Shown piece by piece: positions 1 through 11,400 of a DNA stretch of 64,000 nucleotides. The position numbers and the translations under genes are program-made. The stretch's first letter is position 1, and each line of letters begins with the position of its first letter. Below the pieces are notes generated by a model. The model worked only from the letters and a program-made list of their open reading frames with translations, had not been told where the DNA came from and did not search any database. This DNA comes from Eledone cirrhosa (taxonomy: Eukaryota). Where the stretch lies: contig OZ024744.1 in assembly GCA_964016885.1 (NCBI GenBank), positions 27,280,001 through 27,344,000 of the forward strand, given 5' to 3'.

Positions 1-3000
1 AAGTCTCCACTGCTACGGCTAGGCATGTCAGTGCATGTGGTGGTAAGAAGGGAGGTAACCTTAGGTCCAGGGACACCAGAAGTCTCCACTGCTACGGCTA
101 GGCATCTCAGTGCATGTGGTGGTAAGAAGGGAGGTAACCTTAGGGCCAAGGACACCAGAAGTCTCCACTGTTACGGCTAGGCATGTCAGTGCATGTGGTG
201 GTAAGAAGGGAGGTAACCTTAGGTCCAGGGACACCAGAAGTTTCCACTGCTACGGCTAGGCATCTCAGTTCATGTGGTGGTAAGAAGGGAGGTAACCTTA
301 GGGCCAAGGACACCAGAAGTCTCCACTGTCACGGCTAGGCATCTCAGTGCATGTGGTGGTAAGAAGGGAGGTAACCTTAGGGTCAAGGACACCAGAAGTC
401 TCCACTGTTACGGCTAGGCATCTCACTTCATGTGGTGGTAAGAAGGGAGGTAACCTTAGGGCCAAGGACACCAGAAGTATCCACTGCTACGGCTAGGCAT
501 CTCAGTGCATGTGGTGGTAAGAAGGGAGGTAACCTTAGGGCCAAGGACACCAGAAGTCTCCACTGCTACGGCTAGGCATCTCAGTGCATGTGGTGGTAAG
601 AAGGGAGGTAACCTTAGTGCCAGGGACACAAGAAGTCTCCACTGTTACGGCTAGGCATGTCAGTGCATGTGGTGGTAAGAAGGGAGGTAACCTTAGGTCC
701 AAGGACACCAAAAGTCTCCACTGTTACGGCTAGGCATCTCAGTGCATGTGGTGGTAAGAAGGGAGGTAACCTTAGGGCCAGGGACACCAGAATACTCCAC
801 TGCTACGGCTAGGCATCTCAGTGCATGTGGTGGTAAGAAGGGAGGTAACCTTAGGGCCAAGGACACCAGAAGTCTCCACTGTTACGGCTAGGCATGTCAG
901 TGCATGTGGTGGTAAGAAGGGAGGTAACCTTAGGGCCAGGGACACCAGAAGTCTCCACTGCTACGGCTAGGCATCTCAGTGCATGTGGTGGTAAGAAGGG
1001 AGGTAACCTTAGGTCCAGGGACACCAGAAGTTTCCACTGCTACCGCTAGGCATCTCAGTTCATGTGGTGGTAAGAAGGGAGGTAACCTTAGGGCCAAGGA
1101 CACCAGAAGTCTCCACTGTTACGGCTAGGCATCTCAGTGCATGTGGTGGTAAGAAGGGAGGTAACCTTAGGGCCAGGGACAGCAGAAGTCTCCACTGCTA
1201 CGGCTAGGCATCTCAGTGCATGTGGTGGTAAGAAGGGAGGTAACCTTAGGGCGAGGGACACCAGAAGTCTACACTGTTACGGCTAGGCATATCAGTGCAT
1301 GTGGTGGTAAGAAGGGAGGTAACCTTAGGGCCACGGACACCAGAAGACTCCACTGTTACGGCTAGGCATCTCAGTGCATGTGGTGGTAAGAAGGGAGGTA
1401 ACCTTAGAGCCAGGGACACCAGAAGTCTCCACTGTTACGGCTAGGCATCTCACTTCATGTGGTGGTAAGAAGGGAGGTAACCTTAGGGCCAAGGACACCA
1501 GAAGTCTCCACTGCTACGGCTAGGCATCTCAGTGCATGTGTTGGTAAAGAGGGAGGTAACCTTAGGGCCAGGGACACCAGACGTCTCCACTGCTACGGCT
1601 AGGCACCTTAGTGCATGTGGTGGTAAGAAGGGAGGTAACCTTAGGGCCAGGGACACTAGAAGTTTCCACTGCTACGGCTAGGCATCTTAGTGCATGTGGT
1701 GGTAAGAAGGGAGGTAAACTTAGGGCCAGGGACACCAGAAGTCTCCACTGTTACGGCTAGGCATGTCAGTGCATGTGGTGGTAAGAAGGGAGGTAACCTT
1801 AGGTCCAAGGACACCAGAAGTCTCCACTGTTACGGCTAGGCATCTCAGTGCATGTGGTGGTAAGAAGGGAGGTAACCTTAGGGCCAGGGACACCAGAAGA
1901 CTCCAGTGCTACGGCTAGGCATCTCAGTGCTTGTGGTGGTAAGAAGGGAGGTAACCTTAGGGCCAAGGACACCAGATGTCTCCACTGTTACGGCTAGGCA
2001 TGTCAGTGCATGTGGTGGTAAGAAGGGAGGGAACCTTAGGTCCAGGGACACCAGAAGTCTCCACTGCTACGGCTAGGCATCTCAGTTCATGTGGTGGTAA
2101 GAAGGGAGGTAACCTTAGGGCCAAGGACACCATAAGTCTCCACTGTTACGGCTAGGCATCTCAGTGCATGTGGTGATAAGAAGGGAGGTAACCTTAGGGC
2201 CAAGGACACCAGAAGTCTCCACTGTTACGGCTAGGCATCTCAGTGCATGTGGTGGTAAGAATGGAGGTAACATTAGGGCCAGGGACACCAGAAGTCTCCA
2301 CTGTTACGGCTAGGCATCTCAGTGCATGTTGTGGTAAGGAGGGAGATAAACTTAGGGCCAAGGAGACCAGAAGTCTCCACTGTTACGGCTAGGCATCTCC
2401 GTGCATGTGGTGGTAAGAAGGGAGGTAACCTTAGGGCCAGGGACAGCAGAAGTCTACACTGTTACGGCTAGGCATATCAGTGCATGTGGTGGTAAGAAGG
2501 GAGGTAACCTTAGGGCCAGGGACACCAGAAGACTCCACTGTTACGACTAGGCATCTCAGTGCATGTGGTGGTAAGAAGGGAGGTAACCTTAGGGCCAGGG
2601 ACACCAGAAGTCTCCACTGTTACGGCTAGGCATCTCACTTCATGTGGTGGTAATAAGGGAGGTAACCTTAGGGCCAAGGACACCAGAAGTCTCCACTGCT
2701 ACGGCTAGGCATCTCAGTGCATGTGGTGGTAAGAAGGGAGTTAACCTTAGGGCCAAGGACACCAGAAGTCACCACTGCTACGACTAGGCATCTCAGTGCA
2801 TGTGGTGGTAAGAAGGGAGGTAACCTTAGGGCCAGGGACAGCAGAAGTCTCCACTGCTACGGCTAGGCATCTCAGTGCATGTGGTGGTAAGAAGGGAGGT
2901 AACCTTAGGGCCAGGGACACCAGAAGTCTACAATGTTACGGCTAGGCATATCAGTGCATGTGGTGGTAAGAAGGGAGGTAACCTTAGAGCCAGGGACACC

Positions 3001-6000
3001 AGAAGTCTCCACTGTTACGGCTAGGCATCTCACTTCATGTGGTGGTAAGAAGGGAGGTAAACTTAGGGCCAAGGACACCAGAAGTCTCCACTGCTACGGC
3101 TAGGCATCTCAGTGCATGTGTTGGTAAAGAGGGAGGTAACCTTAGGGCCAGGGACACCAGACGTCTCCACTGCTACGGCTAGGCACCTCAGTGCATGTGG
3201 TGGTAAGAAGGGAGGTAACCTTAGGGCCAGGGACACTAGAAGTTTCCACTGCTACGGCTAGGCATCTTAGTGCATGTGGTGGTAAGAAGGGAGGTAAACT
3301 TAGGGCCAGGGACACCAGAAGTCTCCACTGTTACGGCTAGGCATGTCAGTGCATGTGGTGGTAAGAAGGGAGGTAACCTTAGGTCCAAGGACACCAGAAG
3401 TCTCCACTGTTACGGCTAGGCATCTCAGTGCATGTGGTGGTAAGAAGGGAGGTAACCTTAGGGCCAGGGACACCAGAAGACTCCAGTGCTACGGCTAGGC
3501 ATCTCAGTGCATGTGGTGGTAAGAAGGGAGGTAACCTTAGGGCCAAGGACACCAGATGTCTCCACTGTTACGGCTAGGCATGTCAGTGCATGTGGTGGTA
3601 AGAAGGGAGGGAACCTTAGGTCCAGGGACACCAGAAGTCTCCACTGCTACGGCTAGGCATCTCAGTGCATGTGGTGGTAAGAAGGGAGGTAACCTTAGGT
3701 TCAGGGACACCAGAAGTTTCCACTGCTACGGCTAGGCATCTCAGTTCATGTGGTGGTAAGAAGGGAGGTAACCTTAGGGCCAAGGACACCATAAGTCTCC
3801 ACTGTTACGGCTAGGCATCTCAGTGCATGTGGTGGTAAGAAGGGAGGTAACCTTAGGGCCAAGGACACCATAAGTCTCCACTGTTACGGCTAGGCATCTC
3901 AGTGCATGTGGTGGTAAGAATGGAGGTAACCTTAGGGCCAGGGACACCAGAAGTCTCCACTGTTACGGCTAGGCATCTCAGTGCATGTTGTGGTAAGGAG
4001 GGAGATAAACTTAGGGCCAAGGAGACCAGAAGTCTCCACTGTTACGGCTAGGCATCTCCGTGCATGTGGTGGTAAGAAGGGAGGTAACCTTAGGGCCAGG
4101 GACAGCAGAAGTCTACACTGTTACGGCTAGGCATATCAGTGCATGTGGTGGTAAGAAGGGAGGTAACCTTAGGGCCAGGGACACCAGAAGACTCCACTGT
4201 TACGACTAGGCATCTCAGTGCATGTGGTGGTAAGAAGGGAGGTAACCTTAGGGCCAGGGACACCAGAAGTCTCCACTGTTACGGCTAGGCATCTCACTTC
4301 ATGTGGTGGTAATAAGGGAGGTAACCTTAGGGCCAAGGACACCAGAAGTCTCCACTGCTACGGCTAGGCATCTCAGTGCATGTGGTGGTAAGAAGGGAGT
4401 TAACCTTAGGGCCAAGGACACCAGAAGTCACCACTGCTACGACTAGGCATCTCAGTGCATGTGGTGGTAAGAAGGGAGGTAACCTTAGGGCCAGGGACAG
4501 CAGAAGTCTCCACTGCTACGGCTAGGCATCTCAGTGCATGTGGTGGTAAGAAGGGAGGTAACCTTAGGGCCAGGGACACCAGAAGTCTACAATGTTACGG
4601 CTAGGCATATCAGTGCATGTGGTGGTAAGAAGGGAGGTAACCTTAGGGCCACGGACACCAGAAGACTCCACTGTTACGGCTAGGCATCTCAGTGCATGTG
4701 GTGGTAAGAAGCGAGGTAACCTTAGAGCCAGGGACACCAGAAGTCTCCACTGTTACGGCTAGGCATCTCACTTCATGTGGTGGTAAGAAGGGAGGTAACC
4801 TTAGGGCCAAGGACACCAGAAGTCTCCACTGGTACGGCTAGGCATCTCAGTGCATGTGGTGGTAAGAAGGGAGGTAACCTTAGGGCCAAGGACACCAGAA
4901 GTCACCACTGCTACGACTAGGCATCTCAGTGCATGTGGTGGTAAGAAGGGAGGTAACCTTAGGGCCAGGGACACCAGAAGACTCCACTGTTACGGCTAGG
5001 CATCTCAGTGCATGTGGTGGTAAAGAGGGAGGTAACCTTAGGGCCAGGGACACCAGACGTCTCCACTGCTACGGCTAGGCATCTCAGTGCATGTGGTGGT
5101 AAGAAGGGAGGTAACCATAGGGCCAGGGACACCAGAAGTTTCCACTGCTACGGCTAGGCATCTCAGTGCATGTGGTGGTAAGAAGGGAGGTAAACTTAGG
5201 GCCAGGGACACCAGAAGTCTCCACTGTTACGGCTAGGCATGTCAGTGCATGTGGTGGTAAGAAGGGAGGTAACCTTCGGTCCAAGGACACCAGAAGTCTC
5301 CACTGTTACGGCTAGGCATCTCAGTGCATGTGGTGGTAAGGAGGGAGATAACCTTAGGGCCAAGGACACCAGAAGTCTCCACTGTTACGGCTAGGCATCT
5401 CAGTGCATGTGGTGGTAAGAAGGGAGATAACATTAGGGCCAGGGACACCAGAAGTCTCCACTGCTACGGCTAGGCATCTCAGTGCATGTGGTGGTCAGAA
5501 GGAAGTAACCTTAGGGCCAGGGACACCAGAAGTCTCCACTGCTACGGCTAGGCATGTCAGTGCATGTGGTGGTAAGAAGGGAGGTAACCTTAGGTCCAGG
5601 GACACCAGAAATCTCCACTGCTACGGCTAGGCATCTCAGTGCATGTGGTGGTAAGAAGGGAGGTAACCTTAGGGCCAAGGACACCAGAAGTCTCCACTGT
5701 TACGGCTAGGCATGTCAGTGCATGTGGTGGTAAGAAGGGAGGTAACCTTAGGTCCAGGGACACCAGAAGTTTCCACTGCTACGGCTAGGCATCTCAGTTC
5801 ATGTGGTGGTAAGAAGGGAGGTAACCTTAGGGCCAAGGACACCAGAAGTCTCCACTGTTACGGCTAGGCATCTCAGTGCATGTGGTGGTAAGAAGGGAGG
5901 TAACCTTAGGGTCAAGGACACCAGAAGTCTCCACTGTTACGGCTAGGCATCTCACTTCATGTGGTGGTAAGAAGGGAGGTAACCTTAGGGCCAAGGACAC

Positions 6001-8431
6001 CAGAAGTATCCACTGCTACGGCTAGGCATCTCAGTGCATGTGGTGGTAAGAAGGGAGGTAACCTTAGGGCCAAGGACACCAGAAGTCTCCACTGCTACGG
6101 CTAGGCATCTCAGTGCATGTGGTGGTAAGAAGGGAGGTAACCTTAGTGCCAGGGACACAAGAAGTCTCCACTGTTACGGCTAGGCATGTCAGTGCATGTG
6201 GTGGTAAGAAGGGAGGTAACCTTAGGTCCAAGGACACCAAAAGTCTCCACTGTTACGGCTAGGCATCTCAGTGCATGTGGTGGTAAGAAGGGAGGTAACC
6301 TTAGGGCCAGGGACACCAGAATACTCCACTGCTACGGCTAGGCATCTCAGTGCATGTGGTGGTAAGAAGGGAGGTAACCTTAGGGCCAAGGACACCAGAA
6401 GTCTCCACTGTTACGGCTAGGCATGTCAGTGCATGTGGTGGTAAGAAGGGAGGTAACCTTAGGGCCAGGGACACCAGAAGTCTCCACTGCTACGGCTAGG
6501 CATCTCAGTGCATGTGGTGGTAAGAAGGGAGGTAACCTTAGGTCCAGGGACACCAGAAGTTTCCACTGCTACGGCTAGGCATCTCAGTTCATGTGGTGGT
6601 AAGAAGGGAGGTAACCTTAGGGCCAAGGACACCAGAAGTCTCCACTGTTACGGCTAGGCATCTCAGTGCATGTGGTGGTAAGAAGGGAGGTAACCTTAGG
6701 GCCAGGGACAGCAGAAGTCTCCACTGCTACGGCTAGGCATCTCAGTGCATGTGGTGGTAAGAAGGGAGGTAACCTTAGGGCGAGGGACACCAGAAGTCTA
6801 CACTGTTACGGCTAGGCATATCAGTGCATGTGGTGGTAAGAAGGGAGGTAACCTTAGGGCCACGGACACCAGAAGACTCCACTGTTACGGCTAGGCATCT
6901 CAGTGCATGTGGTGGTAAGAAGGGAGGTAACCTTAGAGCCAGGGACACCAGAAGTCTCCACTGTTACGGCTAGGCATCTCACTTCATGTGGTGGTAAGAA
7001 GGGAGGTAACCTTAGGGCCAAGGACACCAGAAGTCTCCACTGCTACGGCTAGGCATCTCAGTGCATGTGTTGGTAAAGAGGGAGGTAACCTTAGGGCCAG
7101 GGACACCAGACGTCTCCACTGCTACGGCTAGGCACCTCAGTGCATGTGGTGGTAAGAAGGGAGGTAACCTTAGGGCCAGGGACACTAGAAGTTTCCACTG
7201 CTACGGCTAGGCATCTTAGTGCATGTGGTGGTAAGAAGGGAGGTAAACTTAGGGCCAGGGACACCAGAAGTCTCCACTGTTACGGCTAGGCATGTCAGTG
7301 CATGTGGTGGTAAGAAGGGAGGTAACCTTAGGTCCAAGGACACCAGAAGTCTCCACTGTTACGGCTAGGCATCTCAGTGCATGTGGTGGTAAGAAGGGAG
7401 GTAACCTTAGGGCCAGGGACACCAGAAGACTCCAGTGCTACGGCTAGGCATCTCAGTGCATGTGGTGGTAAGAAGGGAGGTAACCTTAGGGCCAAGGACA
7501 CCAGATGTCTCCACTGTTACGGCTAGGCATGTCAGTGCATGTGGTGGTAAGAAGGGAGGGAACCTTAGGTCCAGGGACACCAGAAGTCTCCACTGCTACG
7601 GCTAGGCATCTCAGTGCATGTGGTGGTAAGAAGGGAGGTAACCTTAGGTTCAGGGACACCAGAAGTTTCCACTGCTACGGCTAGGCATCTCAGTTCATGT
7701 GGTGGTAAGAAGGGAGGTAACCTTAGGGCCAAGGACACCATAAGTCTCCACTGTTACGGCTAGGCATCTCAGTGCATGTGGTGGTAAGAAGGGAGGTAAC
7801 CTTAGGGCCAAGGACACCAGAAGTCTCCACTGTTACGGCTAGGCATCTCAGTGCATGTGGTGGTAAGAATGGAGGTAACCTTAGGGCCAGGGACACCAGA
7901 AGTCTCCACTGTTACGGCTAGGCATCTCAGTGCATGTTGTGGTAAGGAGGGAGATAAACTTAGGGCCAAGGAGACCAGAAGTCTCCACTGTTACGGCTAG
8001 GCATCTCCGTGCATGTGGTGGTAAGAAGGGAGGTAACCTTAGGGCCAGGGACAGCAGAAGTCTACACTGTTACGGCTAGGCATATCAGTGCATGTGGTGG
8101 TAAGAAGGGAGGTAACCTTAGGGCCAGGGACACCAGAAGACTCCACTGTTACGACTAGGCATCTCAGTGCATGTGGTGGTAAGAAGGGAGGTAACCTTAG
8201 GGCCAGGGACACCAGAAGTCTCCACTGTTACGGCTAGGCATCTCACTTCATGTGGTGGTAATAAGGGAGGTAACCTTAGGGCCAAGGACACCAGAAGTCT
8301 CCACTGCTACGGCTAGGCATCTCAGTGCATGTGGTGGTAAGAAGGGAGTTAACCTTAGGGCCAAGGACACCAGAAGTCACCACTGCTACGACTAGGCATC
8401 TCAGTGCATGTGGTGGTAAGAAGGGAGGTAA
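1..8431 (+). repeat. Duplicated block: 1-~2820 recurs at 5530-~8431 (offset 5,529 = 70 monomers - 1)
   Basis: TTAGTGCC...ACACAAG lies at 614/6143 and TTGGTAAAG at 1541/7070. Other shared markers are AATACTCC and GCGAGGG. Confidence 0.85.
1372..4646 (+). repeat. 20/21-monomer tandem duplication (offset 1,580, then 1,659)
   Basis: TTGGTAAAGA lies at 1541/3121. The variant G of CTCCGTG lies at 2401/4060. The second copy has an extra monomer near 3660-3740. Confidence 0.88.
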
Positions 8432-11400
8432 CCTTAGGGCCACGGACACCAGAAGACTCCACTGTTACGGCTAGGCATCTCAGTGCATGTGGTGGTAAGA
8501 AGCGAGGTAACCTTAGAGCCAGGGACACCAGAAGTCTCCACTGTTACGGCTAGGCATCTCACTTCATGTGGTGGTAAGAAGGGAGGTAACCTTAGGGCCA
8601 AGGACACCAGAAGTCTCCACTGGTACGGCTAGGCATCTCAGTGCATGTGGTGGTAAGAAGGGAGGTAACCTTAGGGCCAAGGACACCAGAAGTCACCACT
8701 GCTACGACTAGGCATCTCAGTGCATGTGGTGGTAAGAAGGGAGGTAACCTTAGGGCCAGGGACACCAGAAGACTCCACTGTTACGGCTAGGCATCTCAGT
8801 GCATGTGGTGGTAAAGAGGGAGGTAACCTTAGGGCCAGGGACACCAGACGTCTCCACTGCTACGGCTAGGCATCTCAGTGCATGTGGTGGTAAGAAGGGA
8901 GGTAACCATAGGGCCAGGGACACCAGAAGTTTCCACTGCTACGGCTAGGCATCTCAGTGCATGTGGTGGTAAGAAGTGAGGTAAACTTAGGGCCAGGGAC
9001 ACCAGAAGTCTCCACTGTTACGGCTAGGCATGTCAGTGCATGTGGTGGTAAGAAGGGAGGTAACCTTCGGTCCAAGGACACCAGAAGTCTCCACTGTTAC
9101 GGCTAGGCATCTCAGTGCATGTGGTGGTAAGAAGGGAGGTAACCTTAGGGCCAGGGACACCAGAAGACTCCACTGCTACGGCTAGGCATCTCAGTGCATG
9201 TGGTGGTAAGAAGGGAGGTAACCTTAGGGCCAAGGACACCAGAAGTCTCCACTGTTACGGCTAGGCATGTCAGTGCATGTGGTGGTAAGAAGGGAGGGAA
9301 CCTTAGGACCAGGGACACCAGAAGTCTCCACTGCTACGGCTAGGCATCTCAGTGCATGTGGTGGTAAGAAGGGAGGTAACCTTAGGTTCAGTGACACCAG
9401 AAGTTTCCACTGCTACGACTAGGCATCTCAGTTCATGTGGTGGTAAGAAGCGAGGTAACCTTAGGGCCAAGGACACCATAAGTCTCCACTGTTACGGCTA
9501 GGCATCTCAGTGCATGTGGTGGTAAGAAGGGAGGTAACCTTAGGGCCAAGGACACCAGAAGTCTCCACTGTTACGGCTAGGCATCTCAGTGCATGTGGTG
9601 GTAAGAAGGGAGGTAACCTTAGGGCCAGGGACACCAGAAGTCTCCACTGTTACGGCTAGGCATCTCAGTGCATGTGGTGGTAAGGAGGGAGATAACCTTA
9701 CGGCCAATGACACCAGAAGTCTCCACTGTTACGGCTAGGCATCTCAGTGCATGTGGTGGTAAGAAGGGAGGTAACCTTAGGGCCAGGGACAGCAGAAGTC
9801 TCCACTGCTACGGCTAGGCATCTCAGTGCATGTGGTGGTAAGAAGGGAGGTAACCTTAGGGCCAGGGACACCAGAAGTCTACACTGTTACGGCTAGGCAT
9901 ATCAGTGCATGTGGTGGTAAGAAGGGAAGTAACCTTAGGGCCAGGGACACCAGAAGATTCCACTGTTACGGCTAGGCATCTCAGTGCATGTGGTGGTAAG
10001 AAGGGAGGTAACCTTAGGGCCAGGGACACCAGAAGTCTCCACTGTTACGGCTAGGCATCTCACTTCATGTGGTGGTAAGAAGGGAGGTAACCTTAGGGCC
10101 AAGGACACCAGAAGTCTCCACTGCTACGGCTAGGCATCTCAGTGCATGTGGTGGTAAGAAGGGAGGTAACCTTAGGGCCAAGGACACCAGAAGTCACCAC
10201 TGCTACGACTAGGCATCTCAGTGCATGTGGTGGTAAGAAGGGAGGTAAACTTAGGGCCAGGGACACCAGAAGACTCCACTGTTACGGCTAGGCATCTCAG
10301 TGCATGTGGTGGTAAAGAGGGAGGTAACCTTAGGGCCAGGGACACCAGACGTCTCCACTGCTACGGCTAGGCATCTCAGTGCATGTGGTGGTAAGAAGGG
10401 AGGTAACCTTAGGGCCAGGGACACCAGTAGTTTCCACTGCTACGGCTAGGCATCTCAGTGCATATGGTGGTAAGAAGGGAGGTAAAATAGGGCCAGGGAC
10501 ACCAGAAGTCTCCACTGTTACGGCTAGGCATGTCAGTGCATGTGGTGGTAAGAAGGGAGGTAACCTTAGGTCCAAGGACACCAGAAGTCTCCACTGTTAC
10601 GGCTAGGCATCTCAGTGTATGTGGTGGTAAGAAGGGAGGTAACCTTAGGGCCAAGGACACCAGAAGACTCCACTGCTACGGCTAGGCATCTCAGTGCATG
10701 TGGTGGTAAGAAGGGAGGTAACCTTAGGGCCAAGAACACCAGAAGTCTCCACTGTTACGGCTAGGCATGTCAGTGCATGTGGTGGTAAGAAGGGAGGGAA
10801 CCTTAGGTCCAGGGACACCAGAAGTCTCCACTGCTACGGCTAGGCATCTCAGTGCATGTGGTGGTAAGAAGGGAGGTAACCTTAGGTCCAGGGACACCAG
10901 AAGTTTCCACTGCTACGGCTAGGCATCTCAGTTCATGTGGTGGTAAGAAGGGAGGTAACCTTAGGGCCAAGGACACCAGAATTCTCCACTGTTACGGCTA
11001 GGCATCTCAGTGCATGTGGTGGTAAAAAGGGAGGTAACCTTAGGGCCAAGGACACCAGAAGTCTCCACTGTTACGGCTAAGCATCTCAGTGCATGTGGTG
11101 GTAAGAAGGGAGGTAACCTTAGGGCCAAGGACACCAGAAGTCTCCACTGTTACGGCTAGGCATGTCAGTGCATGTGGTGGTAAGAAGGGAGGGAACCTTA
11201 GGGCCAGGGACACCAGAAGTCTCCACTGTTACGGCTAGGCATCTCAGTGCATGTGGTGGTAAGGAGGGAGGTAACGTTAGGGCCAGGCACACCAGAAGTC
11301 TCCACTGTTACGGCTAGGCATCTCAGTGCATGTGGTGGTAAGAAGGGAGGTAACCTTAGGGCCAAGGACACCAGAAGCCTCCACTGTTACGGCTAGGCAT

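Noticed and set aside
1-158. tRNA- or SINE-derived unit (tRNA-like length, ACACCA motif)
   Set aside because: There is no B-box (GTTCRA) and no cloverleaf on either strand.
1-158. CENP-B box, or identity with the Mus caroli 79-bp satellite
   Set aside because: No TTCG-N4-A-N2-CGGG motif is present on either strand, and equal monomer length alone is not evidence of identity.
236-280. Satellite-encoded hammerhead ribozyme (as in newt, cricket and schistosome satellites); the minus strand has CTGAGA, and GAAAC in GTTTCC variants
   Set aside because: The core is not CUGANGA, GAAA occurs only in a minority variant and does not abut a stem II, and I could not build stems I and III. An Infernal/Rfam scan of a dimer would settle it.
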